Below are positions 54,405 to 64,000 of a DNA stretch of 64,000 nucleotides, one piece after another. The position numbers and the translations under genes are program-made. Every line of letters begins with the position of its first letter. Position 1 is the stretch's first letter. The stretch spans positions 4,030,001-4,094,000 of the forward strand of contig CM022672.1 in assembly GCA_012295275.1 (NCBI GenBank), given 5' to 3'. The notes under the pieces were generated by a model, which was given only the letters and a program-made list of their open reading frames with translations, made no database searches and was not told where the DNA came from. Origin of the DNA: Chrysomallon squamiferum. Lineage: Eukaryota > Animalia > Mollusca.

Positions 54405-55011
54405 GTAACCATAGTTCAGAATACAACATACATTTGAAGTCACTTGAGTGACATGATCTACTTCCTTAGAGTGATCTATATAATGTCTCTGGACAGTCAG
54501 TCTGTTGTGTTTGGGCTGTGAAACAATGAGGTTTCTTCTTTCCTGTTTGTAGAAAACTGTATTAAAAAAACATTTCTTGATTTTAACACATAAGTCTAAG
54601 AAATGATGGAATAAAAATACATTTCTTTACTTAAATTCCAGATAGTGAGATTATATTCAAAATAATTAATAACTGCAGGCATGTGTTCTTTATAAAAAGG
54701 ATGTAAAATAACCTAAAAAATAAAACTTACACATATAATAATGAATACCTCAGGACAATTGATGCAAGGTCTGTTGAATGTGATTAAAATGTTCTGAGAC
54801 TGAATAGTGTGTTCTGGAACTCGTTAGACAAATACAAACATATTTTTTCTTTGACAGATCTACAAACTAAATAAGTTTTATTTATAAATATGAACAGAGA
54901 TAAGAATTTAAATAGCATAAGGATTGTTTGTAATTAAATATTTTATTTTGTCAGAATTGGTGTTTAATTATAATTTAATTTTTTTAAATTGTTTTTACTG
55001 GTATTATTCAG

Positions 55012-55143
55012 AATATCAAGTCATCGGCCAACTTTCCATACACATTCATTGATGTTGACACAGATGTTCCTGTGAACGTCGTGGCAGTAAATGGACACCT
55101 CTTACACAAACCTGAAGAAGAAATTGGCAAAGCTTTTTACCAG
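55012..55143 (+). CDS. DDAH1: DDAH coding exon 4
   Basis: NIKSSANFPYTFIDVDTDVPVNVVAVNGHLLHKPEEEIGKAFYQ; phase 0-0. Confidence 0.9.
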
Positions 55144-55470
55144 GTTTGAAGAACTAATAATTCAGTACTTTACTGGTATATTGTGATGTAATCATCAAAT
55201 TTTATGCCCATCTCTTTTTTGTTTTTACAATTTTATAAAATATTTTACTGCTGTATGTTAATATTTAATGAGAAGAATATCGCTTTTGATTTTAAATTCA
55301 GTAGCTAAAAATGTTGGAGTTAAGGCCCTTGGTCTTAGTTACTTAGGTTTTTTTTTCAAGCAGAAATCTAAATGGAATTCATTAAATGTGGTTTAAAAAA
55401 AATAAAAGCAGAAATTGTGGTTATTCACTATTTTGTAGCAAATTAACAGTTAAACTTGAATTTGTTTCAG

Positions 55471-55617
55471 GCAATTCAGAACCAAGTAAATGCAGAACTG
55501 CATGAAGTTAGTTTTACTGAGTTTTACAAAGCTGATGGAAGCCTTTCATGTTGCAGTGTTCTGCTGAATCTCGGTGATAGACATCCAAATTTGAAAACAG
55601 AGACAACTTCACACTAA
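55471..55617 (+). CDS. DDAH1: DDAH terminal coding exon
   Basis: AIQNQVNAELHEVSFTEFYKADGSLSCCSVLL..TSH* with the catalytic Cys motif; total CDS 879 nt = 292 aa. Confidence 0.93.
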   Translation, partial: AIQNQVNAELHEVSFTEFYKADGSLSCCSVLLNLGDRHPNLKTETTSH

Positions 55618-58600
55618 CAGAAAACATTGTTTCAACATACAGCATAGAAAAATCAAAAATGGATGAAGACCTAGAAATGGTGATATTTCACAAATCAGAC
55701 ACTTCACTTTTCAAATTATCTGACCTAATCAGTTTCTGCTAATATATTAAAAGGGAATACTTTGTTTCTGAAATTTTTATTTAATCTATACAACTACTCA
55801 GTTTGTTAATTATAAATATAGATTAGAATTTTATGCCTTTTTTAAAATTGTGTTTAAAAAATAAAAAAACAAAACAACAAAAACTATAAAAAAAACAGCG
55901 AAATTTTTATTTTTTTAAATATAAGTAACTGCAAACTAGAATATTTTTTATTAATCTGTTCAAAAAGAGATGGCAGGAGATTTTCAGATTTATTCTGTGA
56001 ATTGACTTACTAATTAAAGCTACATCTGATCTAACAATTTTTATGCTGACTTTAAGCTTATTCTATGCAAATTATTCTCTTTTAATTTTTATTTTTTTGC
56101 ATAATCTAATTTTATAGAACAATCTTTTCTAAACCTCACCAAAGTATGGTTCAGCTAACACAGTTGTATTTAATAACACAGTTCCTAACTTGTATTTTAT
56201 TAAATGTAGTGCTTATATAATCTAAACTAATTATTTTTTAAGTTTGGATAGTTATACTTTGTCACATTTTATCCACTGTATTCTTTTTAATAATGTTTTA
56301 CTGTTTATTATTACTTTAAAAAGCATTTTGCATGAATATTTGTAGATTAAACTAATGTGAAAATTCTCAAAATACATCAGTGAAAAAAAAAAAGTACTTG
56401 CACTAATAAAAATAATAAAATACAACACTATCAAAAATTCCATTTAACAGAGTTACCAGCTATTCTGGAGAAAAGCTTTCCTTGACAATTTGTTTTTCTT
56501 CTTCCAGATATTACATGTTGAAGTTATATTCATTTACTTGTATTTTTAATTAACTAAGAAAACCTATAGCTCAAAATTGATTACTCCAAACTAACACTAT
56601 ACCTTGGTTTTTAACTAACAATTATTTTCATGTTTATGACAGTTTAAAAAAATCTAAATCTGATAAATGTACTTCAGCAGATTTTTGTTATAAGTGATTT
56701 TGGATAACATTTAATTTAATAAATTAATAATTTACAACATAACAAATACATTTTTAATATTATTACATCTTTAAACTACTTTTTAATGCTAAACCTATTT
56801 ATTATTATTTTAACATGTACAATATTTGCAGTAATACCATTCAACAATTTTATTGTTTCTTAACCTTCAGCATAATGTCATATATATTGTAGTTGCTTTA
56901 AAAAAATATATACAAAAGGCAATAGATAGTAAAATTTCACTGAATGCTAGAGCTAGCGAAATCTTTCATTGTTCCTGTAATTTAAAATGTCAGTGAATAA
57001 AGCTTGTATAGATTGTGCATCTTGTAAACAATGCACTCCTTTTAACTAATCCTATAAAAATAACACTAACAGTTAACTGCAGTTCATGGACTTTTTTTTT
57101 TTTTTAACCTGAGACAGGTGAGTTGGAAGCTTCAGATAATTAACTTAATAACTGATGCGAATCATGTTGATGATTTCTCTGCCTTTTACAGGTTAGTGCA
57201 ATGAAAAATTACTGCTAGTTCATATTAACGACTAAAATCTCTTTAATTCTATATATATTAAGAATGTTTATTTCTTGAAAGAATGCAATGGTAATTATTT
57301 TTTTTTATTCAACAGTTTATAACAGTTTATCATATGGTGATGGTGATGATAGTTGTTTTTGAATTTTATCTTTTTGAATTTTAATATGAATATGAATATC
57401 ATGGCAAGTGGGTGCTTGTCATTTTGGATAAGGATCCTCTCTCTCTATGACTTTTAAAAGATTTGTTTGATAATGTATTGCTTCTCTTGATGGTTGGTAC
57501 TTTAAATAAGCACTGGACACTCTGGGCAAAGCTATTTTCACAAAAGCAAAGGAATGAAGGACTGGACTATCTGCTGAAAAATATCTTTTGGTATACTGAT
57601 GACTGTTTTTATGTTGGAAAGTATGACATTTAAAATTCCAAATCCTGAGTTCTTGTAGTTTTAAAAAAAAAAAAAAAAAAAATAATTGATATATTGCAAA
57701 ACACTAAAAAATACTCACATCCTTTGAAAACGGTAATATGGCAACATATGCACCTATCATAGTGGGTTTTTTTCAGTATTGTTGCTGAACAATTTCAACA
57801 TCTAATTGTCTTGCCTTACAAGTATAATTCTAACTTCACTGTATAACTGTAGAGTAATCTTCATTTTTCCATCAGTTTAAGGAACTAGTCGCTGGCCATT
57901 CTCCTGAAATTGATTTCAATTTCACAAAAGTGAATTTGTAACAAGTATTTACATCATGCAAGTTCTTATTCTGAATAGTAGTATACTGCTGTCATTGACA
58001 ACAGGATGGTGTTTCTGATAGTTGTTTTTTAGTGGAGTTTTTCACTGGATTTATTACTTAAGACTAATTATGTTTCTACCAGAATCTTCATATTACCAAA
58101 TTGCAGCAGCATTTACCAATGAAATAGGTTTTATGTCTTTTGTCATACTGTCACAGTCAATATAAAATGCAGATTTTAAGAGCTACTGTTCAGAAAAGTG
58201 GTCATTATTATTTTTCCCTCATTCAGGCTTTCTCCTTTCTAAAATGGTACTAATGGAAAGTATATGTGTGTGTATGATTCTCATTTAAACAAATTAATGT
58301 ACAACTCTATTCTTTTATGATAAATATTTTCTATTGTTTTCAGATTTTAACTTTATTTTTAAATATAATATAGCTTTTTAATGGGTTGATAATTACAATT
58401 TTTATAAAATATATATATAAAAACAATAAAATATAAAAACAACACATGATTGTTTGTTATTTTTTTAAATATAATGTTATATAGTGGGTTCATTAACCAA
58501 ATTGATTGCATAAATTTTTTTTGAAAATTTTGAAAATATTAATAATAAATTAAAAAGAATGTGGTTTGTGTAATATAATTGTCTTACATTCTGATGAGTT

Positions 58601-59689
58601 TCAGACAAGAAATCACTCAAATTCAGTGTTAATTATTTATGGTTTTCAGTATAAATACATTAAAAAACATTCATGAACATCTGCTTCTTAGAGTTCAGAA
58701 TTCCTTTTTTCTTCTTCTTCTTCTTTATTTGAAGTATTAAAGAACTAATAAAATTAATATACTGAATATTTATCCTAAAACATATATATTCCCTACAGTT
58801 TCTTAAGATTTCTTTGAATAACTCTTCTTTTAATACTGTGCCAAGAAGTAATAGAGCAAGTAGAGTTATCAGCAATATGTTTCTTCTTGAGACTATCAGG
58901 AACAATAACAGAAGAAAAAAAAGTAAAACTTCATTTAGAGCATTCTTACAAATCCAGTCAGTTTAGTGTACAGTAAACCTTTTATTTCAATGTCAACATA
59001 ATTGTTTTAATTTGCTGTGCCTGTGTTTAATCGTTACAACCATTCTTTATATTTCACCAAACCTTACAGTTAAGAAATAAAGCTATAACTTAGAAGTACT
59101 GAAAATAGCATTTGCACTGGTCTTCAGGAGTAATAACATAGGAGTCGTTCATATAATTTACTTGAACTTTTTTATTATAAAAGAAAAGAAACAATGAATT
59201 TAATATAACTTTCAAAGTAATTTCATCAATTTTGACAGTGTGTCTGTGTGTAATATTCATCATAACTAAAAAATACTGAAAATCCATACGTTTAAATCAA
59301 AATGTTAAATGTCTGTAATGTCACACAAATAAATTAAGTGGTTCTATAAGTAGGACAGAATAAAAGAAAAATACATACCAATAGCCATGATAAACGAAAA
59401 CAACAAGCTTCCCAATGTATATACTGAATTATATTAAACAAATAATTATAACATTTGAAATAATTTCACTGTCATATAACTTTACCACAGTTTCTTTTCT
59501 CAGACCAAACAAAAAGAAATTAACGGATCTTGTTAAACAGCAATTTATTTAAATCAAAATGCATCTACAGAAAGCCTTTACAAAATAAACATTTTAACTA
59601 AACTCCCTGTTCATAAAAACAAAATACGTGATTTCTAGAGTATGTCTAAGTAAAACATGAGATTCGTATTTATTAACCATGAAGATAGA

Positions 59690-59960
59690 GCCCCACCTCT
59701 TCCAAACACTTTATCACACAGCTATGAACCCAAGCTGCACCATCTAATTGGGCCCAGGAACAGATCCATGCTGCTGTTATGGTTGCTTGGATTCAGACAG
59801 GAAGAATACTGAGTCTGTTATGATTTCTTCAGTCATGGAACTCCCTGCATGTTAGCATAAACACAGTGAGATCTGTCTTGTTTGGCCAGCATCAGTCAAA
59901 CAGAGATAAAAGGTGGTGAAGAAAAATGTGTCCTGATATATAAAAGTTGTTCTAAAACAG
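59690..59960 (+). promoter_or_regulatory. Candidate promoter and 5' UTR exon of the JAKMIP-like gene
   Basis: Local GC rise; X-box-like GTTGCTTGGATTC (59782-59794); strong donor CAG|GTATGT at 59960/59961; matching acceptor at 61515. Confidence 0.45.
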
Positions 59961-60482
59961 GTATGTTTAAGATTACTTCTACAGTTTCTTTATTATAATA
60001 AATCCAGTTTTAATATTCTTTGTTCTGTAATATATAAATTTTTATTGTGATTAAAAACAACATTACTTTCACTGCAGTTTATTATTTGTTTTAATGCCGT
60101 TTTAGATGTATACTCTTTCAGAATTAGACTTAGGATATTAAATGCATTATTATGTAATTTAATATATGGAGGAGTTGTTGCAGAAATGTACTGGGCGCAA
60201 TTTTTATTTTTATACTAATGCCTCTTATCCTCAAATCTGTTATTAAAAATGTATCAGAGATAAATAATTTTATCTTAGATAAACTAAATGAAAGATGATA
60301 AAAACAAAATTTAAAACATGATTATTGTCCAGTTATGAAAATGTTTATTAACTTTAGATATTCATCCATAACTTACAATTTTGCCATATAATCAGCTTTT
60401 CATAAAATAATTACTCATGAAATATGTTATACTTTAACAAAGAACATTAACTAGGATATAGAGAAATGGCTAACCATGAAAG

Positions 60483-60513
<31 letters not shown>

Positions 60514-60981
60514 GCTGGATAGTTTATGCTACAGTTTATTATCAATTATGTTTTGATAATTTTATAATTATATGTAGTCAAATGTGGGATTTTTTAAATT
60601 ATTATTTTTTTTCCTAAATAAATAATAGGTTTTGGTTGTGTTTTTGGTTTTACTTTTATACAAATTACCAAATTTTCATGCACAGTTTTCTATAAGACCA
60701 GCTTTCTTTTGCAAAAATAAATCTAAACATCTAAAAGGAGTGGTCTGAATAGAGATAAAAAAAAAAAAAAAAAAGATAATAGTAAACAAATTGGCTGTAG
60801 AATATAAACAGCTCCAGTCTTTTATTAGTGTTTGTAATGAGTATTTGTAATGAGAAAGCAGGTATTTGTTATCAAAGCAATAGCAACATATGATAGTCAT
60901 TAACTACTTGTCAGATTAAACTAGTGGTAAGCTTATTCTTGTTCAGATCTACAGCAACAGCAAATAAAATGTCATTTGTAT

Positions 60982-61012
<31 letters not shown>

Positions 61013-61520
61013 AAGCACATCTGTTTATGTTTCTATTCAGGTTCTTAAGTGCATTGGCATAAAATTATGTTTGTGTGTGTGCTTGTAAATAGGAACACAC
61101 AAACAAAAGTTTAGCTGCTATTCACATTTATATGTATATGTTTTTGTTAATATATATTTTTTTTAATGTTTTTTCTTATGATAATGGTGAATTAGAAGAT
61201 TTGTTCTATAATATCTTTATTGCACAGAAATATTTTGTAATCAGAAACAAAAAGTTGATTAATCTTAGAGATCAACGCTTTGCCATTAATACACTGAAGT
61301 ATATATATATGATTAATCCTGCAGCAGAACAATTTTTATTTTAACATTTATCTTTGTTAATAACAAATTGGACTATATATTAACCTTTCTCTGCTTTATT
61401 TATTTTTTTAATTTTTTTTTTCCTGACAATCTTCAAATGGATTATTTATAAAATATTATTGTACAATATTTTAGAAACCAGTTTAATTTTTTTTTTCATT
61501 GATATTAAATTTTAGACTCG

Positions 61521-62138
61521 ATGGCTGTGTCACCGTGCAATATTGAACATCGACTGAGTGAAAGCTCCACTGACAATCTCAGATGTCTGAACTACGAACT
61601 GAGAGAACACTTGCACAAACTTCGCACACAGCTAGAACAGCAGAAAAGCAGCATCAAAAATGCACACTGGCAGAGAGTGCTCAGTGTCCGCATGGTCCGA
61701 CAGCAAGAGCAGAAAAAAGCAGCAGCTACCACAGCTACTCTTCAAGCCAAACTTCAGAAGGAAAAAGTTCAAGAGCTTGATCATCAAGCCAAAATGCTTC
61801 AGCAGAAACATGATCAGGAATTAACTAAACTGAAGCGAGTCCACCATGCCGAAGTCGTGAAGTTGAAGCTCGAGGTAGAATCGAAGGAATCATTGTTGCA
61901 GAGGTTTATTACTGAATCGAGACGAGAATCAGTCAGATGTGGAGAGGGGTCACGTTTGACCGAACTCGTACACAGACTCAGCGAATTGCAGAATAAAAAG
62001 AAACAACTGGAAGACTCTCTTTCCACTGCTTCAGAATCAGAGCAACATTTAGCTTACGAGTTAAGGAGAAAGGTGGAACAGTTTCAGGCTGAATTGTGGA
62101 AGTTCAGATACAGTTCCAATCTGGAAGTCAGGAAACTG
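61521..62138 (+). CDS. JAKMIP: JAKMIP-like (Janus kinase and microtubule-interacting protein) coiled-coil protein, first coding exon; gene continues beyond the window
   Basis: LRCLNYELREHL..QLEQQK..VRQQEQKK..LQAKLQKEKVQEL..HDQEL..SELQNKKKQLEDSL..EVRKL parallels the JAKMIP N-terminal coiled coil as recalled; donor CTG|gtaaca. Confidence 0.75.
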
Positions 62139-64000
62139 GTAACAAAAATTTAAAAATAAAAGCATGTTTTAGATAACTAAAATTTCAGTTATCTTTAAAT
62201 ATATGTTTAAGCACATCCCTTTTTAAATTTGTTATTATTTGAGAAAAAAAAAAATGATACCATTTCAAGCTTTTTACCCCATCAACATCTAATATTTATT
62301 TTATTTTATTTTATTTTATTTATTTAATTTTTTAAATGATTTTTTAAAGGAAGTAAAATATATTACATAGCACAAAAGACTTCTCCACCTTTTAACATTG
62401 CATAAGATTTGCGTTATTGAATGTTACAAGATTTATAGTTGCTGGTAATTTCTGGCACACTTCCATCACAAAATAATTCAACCATCTTCAACTTCCTTGA
62501 GTTTTTCAATAAAAGGCAGCCATGAGCATTGTTGACTTTAATTCTTTAAGAGATTTGTGAAATCTGTGTAGTACATGGTCTTGGTTGAGGTGCTAAGTCT
62601 GGAAATCAGGTTGATCAGACACAGGTGGTCAGCTTTTCCTCACCGGTGGTGATTCTATCAGCAGGCTTATCTCCACTGAAGTTAATTATTTCAGAGAGGT
62701 TAGAACTGCTAACAAGTAAATCTTGTTGACTGTTTTGTATAATAACAAATACTATTGTGAATGATTTCTGGTTTGGGGAAAAAAGGAATCCTATAACATC
62801 ATCACATCTTTTTTTTTATCAACATTTATCTATTGTATGAAAACTTTCTTTTATTTTCATTGCACACTCACTCACCTTTACACATAATTTCTTTAAATAA
62901 AAACCCAAATACTTTCATTTCTCCAACGTTTTCAGTGTGCAAATTAATTTTCATTCAGCTATAACTACTATATCAGATGTTCTTCAGGATGCTTTTGTTA
63001 CATACAACTAATGACAAAATGCTATGTAACTACAACAATGACTAGTTAAAAATATGAAAACAGAATTATATTCCAGAAAATAATAATATTAATAAATAAA
63101 TAAATATTATTTTTTTTAATGATATTTAATAAAATAATAATTAAAAAAAATACTTAAAATTTTAAAATATTTAAAAATAGTAATAATAAATTAAAATAAT
63201 AATTAAAAATATACTTAAAATTTTAAAATATTTAAAATTAGTAATAATAAATAAAAATAAAAATTATAAAAACATAATGTAACAACAATCTGCACTGACT
63301 AATCAAAAATAAAACAACAAAATAAAAGAAATAATATGTACCAAAGAGAAAATGAAAAAGAGGATACGGAAGATTTTACAAGTTGCAGATGTTACTGGAT
63401 AAGTCAGTCAGAGTGTTTGAAGTTCTTGAAGGAGTTATTTACTTTCTGAGCTGCAGTAATGTTGCACATCCCTGGAGTCCATCTCTTATGACTTTACTGA
63501 TAGGATTTACAAATACTGTCCAGACAAACACAGCCACAGTTATATTTGTACAAACTGCTGGTGAGGCTAAACGTAAAAATATATCAGCAATGAATCTAAA
63601 GCAGAAACATTCTGCCTGGAAACTATAGTCATAAACATAAGTTAATAAAAATAAGTGCACTTAAGTACAGACACACACACAAACACATACATACACAGAT
63701 ATAAATAAATACTTTTTTAATGTAAAACATTACTTACATTTCTGACTTATACATATGAAATGGTAAAGAAATAATTATTTTAATTTACTTACTCAGTTTT
63801 AAGATTTCATATTAGGTTTGGGATAGATGCTACTCTGAGAACAGTTTAGCATGCTAAAGAAAAGATCATTTTAAATTTTAGGTTATCTTTTTTTCTAACA
63901 ATTCCAAATAACTCAAAACTAACAATGAACCAGTCATTTCAATACAATCCAGCAACTTTTGTGTTATCAATGATGTCTTAAGAAGAAGCATTTTTAATAT

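Noticed and set aside
58660-58905. ORF with a signal-peptide-like hydrophobic stretch
   Set aside because: TTG start, runs into a simple repeat, no supporting gene structure.
62400-63660. Complex segments with minus-strand splice sites inside the JAKMIP-like intron
   Set aside because: No sustained frame or recognisable product; an antisense transcript cannot be supported from sequence alone.

Overview
AT-rich, microsatellite-dense eukaryotic genomic DNA from an invertebrate, probably a gastropod mollusc (inferred from the intron style and from degenerate tRNA-SINE fragments recognised from memory). Left to right it contains: (1) the last four coding exons of the spliceosomal helicase DHX15/Prp43 (+); (2) two orphan, low-complexity genes on the minus strand, each with a single coding exon (507 aa and ~379 aa), the second carrying PP1-docking GILK and RVxF motifs; (3) a decayed Tc1/mariner element between these two genes; (4) a ~17 kb stretch with no recognisable coding sequence but several CpG-rich islands and a Tigger4-like MITE; (5) a complete HEATR4 gene (-, 14 coding exons, ~1423 aa) head-to-head with (6) a complete DDAH gene (+, 5 coding exons, 292 aa); and (7) the first coding exon of a JAKMIP-like coiled-coil gene (+). 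The strongest candidate for an undescribed mechanism is a GC-rich dual-acceptor module in the DHX15 intron. An upstream strong-tract acceptor would introduce an in-frame stop, while the productive acceptor has a near-consensus branch point followed by a hairpin. This suggests AS-NMD autoregulation of the spliceosome discard helicase. Exon boundaries were derived by eye from GT/AG sites and frame continuity, and homology calls are from memory, not from searches.
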